A stretch of DNA of 64,000 nucleotides from positions 3,744,001-3,808,000 of the forward strand of contig CAXXKJ010000002.1 of assembly GCA_963675295.2 (NCBI GenBank). The letters run 5' to 3'. Under the pieces are notes generated by a model. It saw only the letters and a program-made list of their open reading frames with translations, searched no databases and had not been told where the DNA came from. The stretch comes from a bacterium. GTDB lineage: Bacteria; Electryoneota; Electryoneia; Electryoneales; Electryoneaceae. Shown one piece after another: positions 39,904 to 50,732 of this stretch; position 1 is the first letter of the stretch; each line of letters begins with the position of its first letter. The translations under genes and the position numbers were made by a program.

Positions 39904-41385
39904 ATGCACATCACGTTCCTCAATCCGCAGGGGAATTTCGACCCTCTTGACAGCCATCTGACCGACCATCCGGATTTCGGGGGCCAGCTGGTGTATGTCA
40001 AGGAGTTGACGATCCAGCTTGGCCGTCTCGGGCACAAGGTCGACATTCTCACCCGCCGGATCGAGGATCCTGAGTGGCCGGAATTCAGCGATGCTGAGGA
40101 CGGCTACCCGGGCCAGAAGAATGTGCGCATCCTCCGGTTTCCGTGTGGCCCGAAGCACTTCCTCGAGAAGGAAGATCTTTGGCCGTACATCGCGGAGTGG
40201 GTGGATAATGTCCGCTCGTTTTATAAGGCAGAAGGATCGCTGCCGGACATTCACACCGCGCACTACGCCGACGGCGGCCTCGCCGGCACGATGATCAACG
40301 AGCTCGACGGCACACCGTTTACCTTCACCTCCCACAGCCTCGGTGCGCAGAAGCTGGACCGGTTACTGGCGAAGGACATGCCGTTTGACGAAGCCGTCGA
40401 GAAGTTTCATTTCGACAAACGTCTCGCCGCGGAACGTTGCGCCGTGGCTCATGCCGAACTGATCATCACCAGCAGCGAAAAGGAACGGCTGCACCATCTC
40501 GCCCACAAGGTGTACCGCGACGCGATTGATGTCAGCGATGACAGCCGCTTCAAACGCATCCCACCCGGGGTTAATCTCGATATCTTTGCCGAAACCTCGA
40601 CCTACGAGAACGAGCAGCAGGTCGCGACCCTGATCGAGGAGACCCTCCATCGCGACATCCCGATGATGCGCCGTCACCTGCCGATGGTTGTTTGTTCCAG
40701 CCGGTTGGTGGAAAAGAAGAACATCATCGGCCTGGTGCGGGCCTGGGCTCACAGCGAAACGTTGATGGCATCCGCGAATCTGCTGATTAGCGTCACCGGC
40801 GATCCCTACCCCTTCCGGGCTCCGGCGGGTACCTTCACTCCGCAGGAAGACGCGATTCTCGACGAACTGCGTGAGCTGATCGACGAGCGGAATTTATGGC
40901 CGTGCGTGATGACGATCTCCCTCCCGACGCAGCATGACCTCGCCGCCGCCTATCGTCACCTGGCGAAGAACCGGCAGGGCGTGTTCGCGTTGACGGCGTT
41001 CCATGAACCGTTTGGCCTCTCGCCGTTGGAAGCGCTGGCCTGTGGCATGCCGGTGGTGGTGACCAACAGCGGTGGTCCAGCGGAAAGCCTCAAGGATGAG
41101 GCGGGTGTGCTGGTTGATCCCAACGATCCGGACGACATCGCGTCCGGCCTGTTGAAGCTGGTGCAACGGGAAGATTGCTGGCACAGCTACCGCGAAGCGG
41201 GCATGGCCCGGGTGATGCAGTATTACACCTGGCCCCGTTCGGCGGTGGAATACGAAAAGACCCTGCAGCAAGTCGTGAACAATCAACCAGCCCGCCGCAC
41301 ATCACAGGTATGCCCGGAGTGGTTCAGGCACCCGGGCAAGGACAGTTTTCCCACCGACTGGCTGCTAAAAGCTTGGTCCCGGTGA
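39904..41385 (+). CDS. Sucrose-phosphate synthase-like GT4 glycosyltransferase (no HAD domain)
   Basis: FLNPQGNFDP...HPDFGGQLVYVKE, HYADGG, TSHSLGAQK and EPFGLSPLEA resemble Halothermothrix SpsA as recalled. Confidence 0.85.
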   Translation: MHITFLNPQGNFDPLDSHLTDHPDFGGQLVYVKELTIQLGRLGHKVDILTRRIEDPEWPEFSDAEDGYPGQKNVRILRFPCGPKHFLEKEDLWPYIAEWVDNVRSFYKAEGSLPDIHTAHYADGGLAGTMINELDGTPFTFTSHSLGAQKLDRLLAKDMPFDEAVEKFHFDKRLAAERCAVAHAELIITSSEKERLHHLAHKVYRDAIDVSDDSRFKRIPPGVNLDIFAETSTYENEQQVATLIEETLHRDIPMMRRHLPMVVCSSRLVEKKNIIGLVRAWAHSETLMASANLLISVTGDPYPFRAPAGTFTPQEDAILDELRELIDERNLWPCVMTISLPTQHDLAAAYRHLAKNRQGVFALTAFHEPFGLSPLEALACGMPVVVTNSGGPAESLKDEAGVLVDPNDPDDIASGLLKLVQREDCWHSYREAGMARVMQYYTWPRSAVEYEKTLQQVVNNQPARRTSQVCPEWFRHPGKDSFPTDWLLKAWSR

Positions 41386-41561
41386 GGTTGGCCCTGCTAG
41401 TTGCCAACCTTTCCTGCTGCCTCTCCCCGGTGCAAAAAAAATACTGGTTTTTCGAGTAAGGCGTTCCGAACCCCGCTTTCCCGCCGTAGCTTGCGGGGGG
41501 ATGAGGAATACGTTTTGCCAGCCGCATTTTGCTTTGACTGCTAACAATGGAGCCCCCTCCC

Positions 41562-43841
41562 ATGAAGCGCTCTCTCCTTTCCGTACTCGTTGCGATTATC
41601 GTATTGATCAGTACTCAGGTTCATGCCCAGACCGAATTGTCGGGCGAACTTTCCGGCACGTTGCCGGCTGACCTGTATCTCGTCGTCGGCGATATCTGGG
41701 TCACTGAATTTGACACATTGGACATAGAACCGGGTGCGACGCTACGCTTCACTGGGATTTACAGCTTTCTCGTTAACGGTTTACTGCGAGCCAGCGGCAC
41801 CTCAACCTCGCCAATTGCGTTCACCGATCCCGGTAACCAGTGGCTCGGGATCACCTTCAGCTCCTCCGCATCGGCCGCCGGTAATCTGACCTATGCGATG
41901 GTGGAGAAAAGTGACTACAACGGCGTCACGATCAACGGGTCCGCGCCGGTGCTCAATCACTGCCTGATCCGCGACAACGCCGAGGCCGGTCTGTCATTGG
42001 GTGCGAGCGCGGGAACAGTGCAAGTCTTCAATTCTACCATCGAGGCGAACGGCGCACGCGGCGTAACTGTCGGTGGGTCATCCTCGTTGATCATGTTTGA
42101 CAGCGTGATCCAGGGGAATCTGTCGACCTCCGGCGGCGGTATGGCGGTATTCGGCGGTTTTGCCGATTTGCTTGGCATCCAGTTCATCGGCAACCAGTCC
42201 ACGGGATTCGATCAGGAAGGCGGCGGCGCATTGTATGCGACCGGCAACGCTACGGTAAACGTTTCCGACTGCATGTTCATCGGCAACTCGGCGTTTGATA
42301 GTGATGACGGCGGCAACGGCGGCGCGATCCACATCTCCGGTGCCGACGTCAACATCAGCGGCACCCTTTTCGAGGGCAACAGCACCGAAGCGTGGGATGA
42401 CGGTGGCAACGGCGGCGCGATCTACGCCAATGGCGGCAACCACTACCTCAGCAACTGCGATTTCTTCGGCAACAGTTCGACGGGCTGGCAGCAGGACGGC
42501 GCGGGCGCGGCAATCATGCTGGAGAATTTCGGCAACAGCCAGATCAACTATTGCCGGTTTGCCAACAACACCGCAACCGGTGAATACGCATACGGCGGCG
42601 CAGTCGCTCTGTTCAACGGCACCCGGATGGATCTCATCCGCGACACGTTCAGCAACAATTCGACCGACGTATATGGTGGCGTGGTTTATGCGGAGAATTG
42701 CGACCTGCTCACCTCGACCAGCAGCACGTTCTACGGTAACATGTCGGGAGACGCTGGAGCAGCGATTTACGTCATGGACACTGACCTTGAGATGAACAAC
42801 GTCCTCGTCGCGTACCATGACGGCGTCGCGATCCATGCTGCTGGTACGTCAACGATGGGCTTTGGCTATTGCGACTTCTACGGTCCGTCGCAGACCGACT
42901 TTGGCGGCAATGTCGCCCCGGGGCTTGGCGATATCGTACAAACGAACAACAACGGCGATCCCTGCGACGCGTTCTATAACATCTACCTCGATCCGATGAT
43001 TATTAACGGCCCGGATAATGATCTCCGCATCCTGCCGGGTTCGCCCTGCGTCGATGCCGGCGATCCGGACTTTGGTGATGATCCGGACGGCAGCATCGTC
43101 GACATCGGCCGGCACCACCTGCAGACCGGCGAAATCGACCTGCGGCTTGAGACGGTGCAGCAAACCGTTGAACCGGAAGGTGGGGCGTTCGTCTATAACG
43201 CTCTGCTGACGTCATATGCCGCGACGGGCTTCGCGTCCATGCGTTACGCCGCGCAGCTCGAGTTGCCGAATGGTACCGTGCTTCCGCAACTGTTCCATCA
43301 GGCGGTGTTCCCGCTGGCACCGTGGCAGATTCTGCAGGCGGAAGATTTGGCGATTAACGTCCCCTCCTTCGCACCGCCGGGGATCTACACCTTGACCGGC
43401 TATGTCGGCCTCTCGCCGTCTCAGATCGCAGACAGTTGGTTCATTTTCTTCCAGAAACTGTGGCCGACCACGGCGGACAACCGTCCGGTCAGCGGTTCCG
43501 ATTTTACGTCAAGCGGAAGCGCCTGGGTGGCAGCTCCCGGGTTTGAGGAAGGTGGTCAGTCTGCCGCTCAGCCGGACGAATTCGTGCTGCATCAGGCCTG
43601 GCCGAATCCGTTCAACGCACGTACTCAAATCGCTTTTGACCTGCCGGAGAGCAACCGCATCACCGTTCAGGTGTTCGACGTGCTCGGGCGTCATGTGACA
43701 GTCTTGCAGGATGGTCAGCTGCGTGCCGGTCAGCACAGCTTGTCGTTTAACGGCGCAGGCTTAAGCAGTGGGTTGTACTTTATCAGAGTGGACGCCGGAA
43801 AATACGGCTCCCGCATCCAGAAAGTGACGCTGCTGAAGTAA
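41562..43841 (+). CDS. Secreted right-handed beta-helix protein with T9SS-type CTD
   Basis: FxGN...GGAI repeats; SPCVDAGDP; WPNPFN...SSGLYF...KVTLLK. Confidence 0.88.
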   Translation: MKRSLLSVLVAIIVLISTQVHAQTELSGELSGTLPADLYLVVGDIWVTEFDTLDIEPGATLRFTGIYSFLVNGLLRASGTSTSPIAFTDPGNQWLGITFSSSASAAGNLTYAMVEKSDYNGVTINGSAPVLNHCLIRDNAEAGLSLGASAGTVQVFNSTIEANGARGVTVGGSSSLIMFDSVIQGNLSTSGGGMAVFGGFADLLGIQFIGNQSTGFDQEGGGALYATGNATVNVSDCMFIGNSAFDSDDGGNGGAIHISGADVNISGTLFEGNSTEAWDDGGNGGAIYANGGNHYLSNCDFFGNSSTGWQQDGAGAAIMLENFGNSQINYCRFANNTATGEYAYGGAVALFNGTRMDLIRDTFSNNSTDVYGGVVYAENCDLLTSTSSTFYGNMSGDAGAAIYVMDTDLEMNNVLVAYHDGVAIHAAGTSTMGFGYCDFYGPSQTDFGGNVAPGLGDIVQTNNNGDPCDAFYNIYLDPMIINGPDNDLRILPGSPCVDAGDPDFGDDPDGSIVDIGRHHLQTGEIDLRLETVQQTVEPEGGAFVYNALLTSYAATGFASMRYAAQLELPNGTVLPQLFHQAVFPLAPWQILQAEDLAINVPSFAPPGIYTLTGYVGLSPSQIADSWFIFFQKLWPTTADNRPVSGSDFTSSGSAWVAAPGFEEGGQSAAQPDEFVLHQAWPNPFNARTQIAFDLPESNRITVQVFDVLGRHVTVLQDGQLRAGQHSLSFNGAGLSSGLYFIRVDAGKYGSRIQKVTLLK

Positions 43842-43967
43842 TCTCCATTGCGCGACACCGTATGCCCAGCATACAGTAAAGCAACGCAACATTTAGATAT
43901 AACGGAACATGAACGTTAGATTTTTCAGAGTTCACGGGAGTGACATTCACGGGAGAGGGAGGACAGG

Positions 43968-46148
43968 ATGAACACAGCACGCGCTACATGGCCACTGAAA
44001 ACCTTATGGATTGCGATGGCGATCCTGGTGTTGGGCTTGCCCGCTTGGGCGAACAACACCGAACCGAATGAAGCGGTCGAGATTGACTACCGTATCTGGA
44101 GCATTTCGTACTGGCAGGATCTGGCAGAACGTGGATTGATCGATGTCGCGCCGGACGTTGCGTTCGAGCCGGCGATCGAACGTCCCGCGAATGAGCTGGA
44201 CGAGTTCGTCGACAGCCCGGATGTCTGTACCACGGGTACCCTGCCTTCCCATCAGAGCGAAAACTCGATTTTCGTTGATCCGAACGATCCGGATCTCGTG
44301 CTGAACTCGAACAACTCCAGCGACTGGCCGTTGGGACAGTTCTACGGCGTCTCGTCGCTGCCGTCCTTTGATGGTGGCTTGACCTGGGGCGGCACCATTG
44401 ATGGTTGGGGCGGCGGTGACCCTGCGGCAGCCATCGATAACGACGGCATCTGGTATCTCGGCCACATCGGGTCGAACAACAGCGGCAACGCGAACGGTTG
44501 CACCGTCTCTACCGATCAGGGTCAGACCTACACCACGTACGAAGCCGGTTCCAGCGGCGGTGCATTCCTCGACAAGAACCACCTCTGGGTTGACAACACC
44601 GGCGGTCCGTACGACGGCCGTGTCTACGCTGCCTGGACGCCCTTTGGTGGAACCAACGACAGCGAAATCGAAGTCACCTGGTCCGGCGACAACGGCCAGA
44701 CCTGGAACAATCGCCAGGTGGTCAGCCTCGGTTCCAATGCCGGCTACCTCTGCCAGGGTGTCAACCTCGACGTTGGCCCGAATGGCGAAGTCTACGCGAT
44801 CTGGACGGTCTACGAAACAGGCCTCACAGAATACGCCATCGGCTTCGCGAAGTCGCTGGACGGCGGCGTGACCTGGGAAACCGCGTACCGCATCATTGAA
44901 AACACCTACGGCATCCGTTCCTACACCGGCATGGATCAGAACCACCGCAAGAATTCGTTCCCGGTGATGACGGTCGATGTCAGTGGCGGGCCGAACAACG
45001 GCAACATCTACGTCGCGTGGACGAACGTCGGCGTCCCGGGCATCAATAGCGGTCCGGACGTCGCCAGCTGGCTGATCAAGTCGACCGACGGTGGCACCAC
45101 GTGGTCGGATCCGGTCCGCATCCAGACCGACGATCCGAACGCCGGCAACCAGCACTACTTCATCTGGATTCACTGTGACCCGGTGACCGGAACGTTGAAC
45201 GGCATCTGGTACGACAACCGTGACACCACCGGCGGCGCGGTCGAAACCTGGATCGGGTACTCGTTTGACGCGGGCGACACATGGGAAAACTATCGCAGCA
45301 GCGATGTTGCCTTCACCCCTGCACCGATTCCGGGCTTCGCGACGGGCTACTTCGGCGACTACCTCGGCATTTACAGCTACGAGGGTACGGTGTACCCGTG
45401 CTGGACGGACAACCGTGACGGCGTCGCGCGCACCTACGTTTCCCCGTTCCAGACGGAAGTGCTGCCTGCAACGGTCAGCCTCGACACCTACTTCACCGAG
45501 CCGATCATTGTCCCGAATTCCGGCGGTGTGATTGAATATGACGCCCAGGCCAGCTACAACCTCGACACTCCGGTTGCGGGTCAGATCTGGACGCAGGTCC
45601 AGTTGCCGAACAGCAACCTGATCACGATGGACATTTACAACATCAACTTCACTCCGGGCTGGAGCTTCGAAGCGATTGGCCGCACATTGAACGTCCCGGC
45701 CGGCGCTCCGATCGGGGTGTACTACTTTATCGCCAAGGTCGGCCTCTACCCGAACTACGTGGTCAGCAGCGACCAGTTCGAGTTCCGCAAGATTCAGTTC
45801 GACGCGGATGGCGCGACCGGGTTCACCGGTTCCGAGTGGTTCAAGAGTGGCCAGGATGTCGCGGACCTGAGCACCGAGTTGCCGTCCACGTTTGGCATCA
45901 GCGGTGTCTACCCGAACCCGTTCAACCCGGAAACCCGCGTTTCGGTGACGATTCCGGACGCCGGCAAGTTGAGCGTGCGTGTCTACAACACGCTGGGTCA
46001 GCAGGTGGCGGTGCTGGCGGATGGTTCGTATTCCGCGGGTACACATCAGTTGACGCTTGATGGATCGCAATTGGCCAGTGGTGTGTACCTCGTACGCGCC
46101 GAGATGGGCGGCCAGACGGATTTGCGCAAGGTTACTTTGATGAAGTAA
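43968..46148 (+). CDS. Secreted sialidase-like/BNR propeller protein with T9SS-type CTD
   Basis: S.DGG.TW Asp-boxes; GDPAAA, DKNHL and FGDYLG motifs; YPNPFNP...KVTLMK. Confidence 0.88.
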   Translation: MNTARATWPLKTLWIAMAILVLGLPAWANNTEPNEAVEIDYRIWSISYWQDLAERGLIDVAPDVAFEPAIERPANELDEFVDSPDVCTTGTLPSHQSENSIFVDPNDPDLVLNSNNSSDWPLGQFYGVSSLPSFDGGLTWGGTIDGWGGGDPAAAIDNDGIWYLGHIGSNNSGNANGCTVSTDQGQTYTTYEAGSSGGAFLDKNHLWVDNTGGPYDGRVYAAWTPFGGTNDSEIEVTWSGDNGQTWNNRQVVSLGSNAGYLCQGVNLDVGPNGEVYAIWTVYETGLTEYAIGFAKSLDGGVTWETAYRIIENTYGIRSYTGMDQNHRKNSFPVMTVDVSGGPNNGNIYVAWTNVGVPGINSGPDVASWLIKSTDGGTTWSDPVRIQTDDPNAGNQHYFIWIHCDPVTGTLNGIWYDNRDTTGGAVETWIGYSFDAGDTWENYRSSDVAFTPAPIPGFATGYFGDYLGIYSYEGTVYPCWTDNRDGVARTYVSPFQTEVLPATVSLDTYFTEPIIVPNSGGVIEYDAQASYNLDTPVAGQIWTQVQLPNSNLITMDIYNINFTPGWSFEAIGRTLNVPAGAPIGVYYFIAKVGLYPNYVVSSDQFEFRKIQFDADGATGFTGSEWFKSGQDVADLSTELPSTFGISGVYPNPFNPETRVSVTIPDAGKLSVRVYNTLGQQVAVLADGSYSAGTHQLTLDGSQLASGVYLVRAEMGGQTDLRKVTLMK

Positions 46149-46176
46149 TCGGGATCATCGGCTGTACATGACACCG

Positions 46177-46221
46177 AGCAGCGGGGGAAACTTTCGAAGA
46201 AAAGTGCCCTCGCTGCTTTTT
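46177..46221 (+). terminator. Intrinsic terminator
   Basis: agcagcg...cgctgct plus T-run. Confidence 0.65.
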
Positions 46222-46432
46222 ACATTCTGAGGATCGTGTCTCTGACCGGGCTTTGCCCATGGCCTCCTTTTCGTTGACTGGCACGATTGGATTCGACATT
46301 TTACAATGCTACCCATCTGCCCGCCGGAATCGTTTTGCCGGCTTGGGCGTATAAGATGGAAGGCGCGGAACAGGATTGCATTCAGTTCCCTCCAACGTTT
46401 GCAGTAACAGTGGTTTACTCTGTGGATTGCCG

Positions 46433-48121
46433 ATGAGACTGCCGATTTTACTCCTCCTGTTGTTCTCGTTGCCGTTTGCGGTCAACGCGGAAAACCGGAT
46501 CAAGCACATCATCGCGGAAGATCTCGATGAGATGCGCGAGGTTGCGGCGTTTGATATCGACGGCGACGGTGACATGGACATCGCCGGTGTCGCCCGTGGC
46601 CCGAACATGGTTGCGTGGTGGGAAAACGAAGGTGGTGAGTTTACCCAGCACGTCATTTCCGAAAAGGTCTGGGACGCGTGGAGCATCGCGGTGGCGGACA
46701 TCGACTTTGACGGGTATGGCGACATCTTCACCACCGGGTACTTCGCCGGCGAAGTTGCGAGGTGGGAATACAACCCAAGCACCCCCCCAGACAGTTTTGA
46801 TTATCAACAGGTCATCCATATCAACGGCAGCAAGGGTGTCACCCTCGTCGACATGAACCAGGATGGCTTTCTGGATGTCATCGGTGCCGGTGCGAAAGCG
46901 GACAAGATCATTGTCGCGATGAACCTCCGCTATGACTCCTGGGGTCTTGTGACCGTGGTTGAAGGTATGGAGGGTGCCCGTCAAACCTATGCGGCCGACC
47001 TCAACGGCGACGACCGTCTCGACATCATCGCCTCCGCCGGTGCATCTGGTACCATTGCCTGGCTCGAGTGGGACGAAGGTGACTGGATTGAACACGAGAT
47101 CATCGGTGAAGAGTACAGGGGGTCTCGTGGTGTGCACGCCGCCGACATCGACAATGACGGCGACATGGACGTGGTCAGCGCCGCCCGCTACATCAACGAA
47201 GTGACCTGGTGGGAAAACCGGAACAATGGTAAAAACTGGGTCCGTCACCCGATCCCCTACACCATCAAGCAGCCGCGTAACGTGCTGCCCACCGACGTGG
47301 ATGAGGACGGCGACATCGACATCGTCGCCAACGGTTTCCAGGATGACGCGGTCGTCTGGTTTGAAAACCTCGGCAACAATGAGTGGGCACGCCGGTTCAT
47401 CGTGCAGGGCTTTGACGGCGCGCTGGGCTTCGACTTGCGCGACATGGACGGCGATGACGACATGGATATTGTCGTCGCCGGAAACTCCTCGAACCAGGTC
47501 GGCTTGTGGGAGACCATCTCCGCCGAACCGGTGCAGGTGAACATCCGCCCGCATGCGCCGACGCAGGTGTTCTCCTCAGAGGGTGGCTCGATCATGTACG
47601 ACGTCACCATGCGCGGCGAATTCAGTTTCGCGACTGATGTCGAGTGGTGGACCGAGCTGATCGCCCCGAACGGAACCATCATCGACACCAGCGAGGTGCT
47701 GGACTGCACCTTCATACCCGGCGAGGTCATCACCATTACCGACCAGACGATCGAGCTCACGGACGTCAGCAAGGAAGGTGAGTACAAGCTGTCGGTGAAA
47801 GTCGGCAAGTATCCCGACGCCGTGCAGGAAGCCGGCACGATTGATATTCCCGTCGCACGCAGCATCCGGCTGCGCCCGGCCTACCCGAACCCGTTCAACG
47901 CCATCGCGCAGATCGAGCTGGTTGTGCCCAGCGCCGGGAACGCACGGGTGATGCTGTACAACGTGCTCGGACAACAGGTGGCGGTGCTGCACCGTGGCCC
48001 GCTGCAGGCGGGTGTGCAGTCGTTCGTGATTGACGGTACCGACCTTGCCAGTGGCTTGTATTTCATCCGTGCGGAAGTCGGCAAGCACTCCGCGATCCGC
48101 AAGATCACGCTGATTCAGTAG
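46433..48121 (+). CDS. Secreted FG-GAP/VCBS repeat protein with T9SS-type CTD
   Basis: Seven DxDGDGDxD-type repeats with WWEN; YPNPFN...KITLIQ. Confidence 0.88.
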   Translation: MRLPILLLLLFSLPFAVNAENRIKHIIAEDLDEMREVAAFDIDGDGDMDIAGVARGPNMVAWWENEGGEFTQHVISEKVWDAWSIAVADIDFDGYGDIFTTGYFAGEVARWEYNPSTPPDSFDYQQVIHINGSKGVTLVDMNQDGFLDVIGAGAKADKIIVAMNLRYDSWGLVTVVEGMEGARQTYAADLNGDDRLDIIASAGASGTIAWLEWDEGDWIEHEIIGEEYRGSRGVHAADIDNDGDMDVVSAARYINEVTWWENRNNGKNWVRHPIPYTIKQPRNVLPTDVDEDGDIDIVANGFQDDAVVWFENLGNNEWARRFIVQGFDGALGFDLRDMDGDDDMDIVVAGNSSNQVGLWETISAEPVQVNIRPHAPTQVFSSEGGSIMYDVTMRGEFSFATDVEWWTELIAPNGTIIDTSEVLDCTFIPGEVITITDQTIELTDVSKEGEYKLSVKVGKYPDAVQEAGTIDIPVARSIRLRPAYPNPFNAIAQIELVVPSAGNARVMLYNVLGQQVAVLHRGPLQAGVQSFVIDGTDLASGLYFIRAEVGKHSAIRKITLIQ

Positions 48122-48142
48122 CGGTCTCAGGTCTCAGGAAAT

Positions 48143-48453
48143 ATGTGGCCGTGTCTGTTTACAGACGCGGCCGTGTTGCTCTTGGTGCGGCAGACTGCGA
48201 GCTGCGGAAGAGAAGATGTGGCCGTGTCTGTTTACAGACGCGGCCGTGTTGCTCTTGGACTGAGGACTGGAATTTGCCGTTTCGTTTCACCGACGCGGCC
48301 AATTTTATCTTTGGGCTGCGCCAACCACCGCGTAGCGGTGAAGGATGAGTAGCGTGTGGCTTCAGCCACACGAACGGCGTCCACCACCTCCCCCCTTTCC
48401 AGTCGTTCAACTCTGTAGGGGTTGCGCCTGTTGAACTGCAGGCGTCACAACCC
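48143..48453. repeat. Cluster of REP-like palindromes including two identical 43-bp direct repeats
   Basis: Identical copies at 48143-48185 and 48216-48258; GTAG hairpins at 48349-48372 and 48415-48453. Confidence 0.85.
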
Positions 48454-48479
48454 GAACCTCGCGGACTAAACCGCCCTCA

Positions 48480-50732
48480 TCATCCGAGGCCGAAAAAGAC
48501 TGCGGTGTGGTAAACGACAAAGGCGAGTGTCCACGAAATCGCCAGCGTGTACACAGCGAGGAACAGGGTCCATGCCCACGCGCCAAGCTCTTTCCACACC
48601 ACGGCCATCACCGCCATGCAGGGAACATAAAGAAGGACGAAAAACATCAACGCGAGGGCCGTCGCGGGCGAATAGGACGGATCGTTGACCAGGTGTTCCT
48701 TCAGCGGGGTGCGTTCGGCAGCGCCCTCGGCATCCGGGTCGGCATCCTCGATGCCGTAAATAATCCCCATCGTCGAGATGATGACTTCCTTCGCGGCAAA
48801 TCCGGATAACAAGCCGACGGTGATCTTCCAATCGAACCCAGCCGGCTTCATCACAGGTTCGATGAAGCGCCCGATCCGTCCGGCGTACGAGTTCCGGATC
48901 TGTTCATTGCCGTCGTATGCCACCGCCGCGTCAGTGCCCGTGTCAAAAACTTGCGGACGCTGCTGCTCCATCCCAGCCATTTGTGAGGTCGTACCCGTCT
49001 CCATCCCGATCCTCGGGAACGCGAGCAGGAACCAGATGACAATACTGGCGGCAAGGATGAACGTCCCGGCTTTCTTCAGGTACATCCACGAGCGTTCCCA
49101 CATGTGGCTGAACGCTCCCCGTACCGTCGGCCGGCGATAGGGCGGCAGCTCCATCACAAACGGTGCCGCTTCCCCGCGGAACATCGTCTTGCGCAAGACC
49201 AGCGCCGCGGTGAACGCGATCAGCCAGCCGCCGAACCAGACCAGCCAGAAGATGATCCCGGAGTGTTCCGGGAAGAACGCGGCGGCGAGCATCGCAATCA
49301 CCGGCGATTTCGCGCCGCACATCAATAGCGGCGTTACCAGCACGGTGATTACCCGATCGCGCGGGTTGACCAGCGTCCGTGCGCTCATAATTGCGGGCAC
49401 CGCACAGCCGGTGGCAATCATGAATGGGACAAAGCTGCGCCCGTGCATCCCGAACAGGTGGAAGAACCGGTCCATGACAAACGCTGCGCGCGCCATGTAG
49501 CCGGAATCTTCGAGCAGTGATAGCCCAAGGAACAGCAGCACCACCAACGGCAGGAAGACCAGCACTCCGCCAACACCGCCGATGATACCGTCAACCAGCA
49601 TGTCGGTAAAGATTCCTGGCGGCAGTTGCGTCGTCAACCACCCGGACAGCATCCCGAACCCCTGGTCGATCAGGTCCGAGAGTGGATTGCCGATGGTAAA
49701 CGTGATCTGGTAGATCAGGTACATCACCCCGAAGAAGATGAACAGCCCGGCGTACTTGTTGAGTACGATGCTATCCACCATCTCAGTGAAGTCGATCCGG
49801 GTCTTGGCTTCCTTGTTGAAAACCGTTTCCCTTACCGCGCCGTGGATATACGCGTAGCGCTGTTCGGCAACGACCACCGGCGCATCTTCATCAAATTGTT
49901 TCCGGATGCGTTGCTGCTTCTCCTCCATCACCGCGATGACACGATCCGCCTTTACGTGCCCGGTCTCGACTTTCGCGACGGCGTCATCGTCATCCTCGAG
50001 CAACTTGATCGCGAGCCAGTCCAGATTGATCAGCTCCGAAAAGTCAGGATCGGTTTTCAGCTCCTCAACCAGGTCTGCTCGTGCTTTCTCGAGGTCACGA
50101 CCGTAGTTGATCCGCCGGCCGTTGATGTTCAATTCACCGTGCGCGGCCTTGACCAGCATCCCCATCAGTTCGGAAACGCCCTTGCCCTTATTGCCGACAG
50201 TCTTGACGAATGGAATGCCGAGGATGGTGCCGAGTTGCTGCTCGTTAATCGCCAGTCCCAGCGATTCGGCTTCATCGCTCATGTTGAGCACGCCGAGCAC
50301 CGGGATGCCGAGTTCCTGGAATTGTAGCAGCAGGTAGAGGTTCCGCTCGAGGTTGGTGGAGTCGAGGACGTCAACGATCAGGTCCGGCTTTTCACGCAGC
50401 ACGAAGTCGCGCGCGACGACTTCCTCCAGCGAGTAGGCGGACAGGCTGTAGGTGCCGGGCAGATCGACGATCTCAATCTTGACGCCGTCCCGATCGATCC
50501 GTCCGACCTTCTTCTCGACCGTCACGCCCGGATAGTTGCCGATATGCTGGTGCTGACCGGTGAGCGCGTTGAACAAGCTGGTTTTGCCGGCATTCGGGTT
50601 GCCGGCCAGCGCGACACGGAGATCGACATCAACCTTATCGTCGGTGACGCTGCCCAGCCGCCAGCCGCCGCCACCCATCATGCCAAACCCGTGGTTTCTC
50701 CGCTTCCGGCGTTGCTGGTGGTGATCAGGCAC
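48480..50732 (-). CDS. feoB: Ferrous iron transporter B
   Basis: GNPNAGKTSLFN, GNYPGVTVE, DLPGTYSL, GCAVPA and FVMELPPY motifs. Confidence 0.97.
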   Translation of the reverse strand: MPDHHQQRRKRRNHGFGMMGGGGWRLGSVTDDKVDVDLRVALAGNPNAGKTSLFNALTGQHQHIGNYPGVTVEKKVGRIDRDGVKIEIVDLPGTYSLSAYSLEEVVARDFVLREKPDLIVDVLDSTNLERNLYLLLQFQELGIPVLGVLNMSDEAESLGLAINEQQLGTILGIPFVKTVGNKGKGVSELMGMLVKAAHGELNINGRRINYGRDLEKARADLVEELKTDPDFSELINLDWLAIKLLEDDDDAVAKVETGHVKADRVIAVMEEKQQRIRKQFDEDAPVVVAEQRYAYIHGAVRETVFNKEAKTRIDFTEMVDSIVLNKYAGLFIFFGVMYLIYQITFTIGNPLSDLIDQGFGMLSGWLTTQLPPGIFTDMLVDGIIGGVGGVLVFLPLVVLLFLGLSLLEDSGYMARAAFVMDRFFHLFGMHGRSFVPFMIATGCAVPAIMSARTLVNPRDRVITVLVTPLLMCGAKSPVIAMLAAAFFPEHSGIIFWLVWFGGWLIAFTAALVLRKTMFRGEAAPFVMELPPYRRPTVRGAFSHMWERSWMYLKKAGTFILAASIVIWFLLAFPRIGMETGTTSQMAGMEQQRPQVFDTGTDAAVAYDGNEQIRNSYAGRIGRFIEPVMKPAGFDWKITVGLLSGFAAKEVIISTMGIIYGIEDADPDAEGAAERTPLKEHLVNDPSYSPATALALMFFVLLYVPCMAVMAVVWKELGAWAWTLFLAVYTLAISWTLAFVVYHTAVFFGLG

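Noticed and set aside
39556-43900. tRNA-integrated genomic island
   Set aside because: No integrase and no duplicated tRNA 3' end seen; flanking genes have host-like composition.
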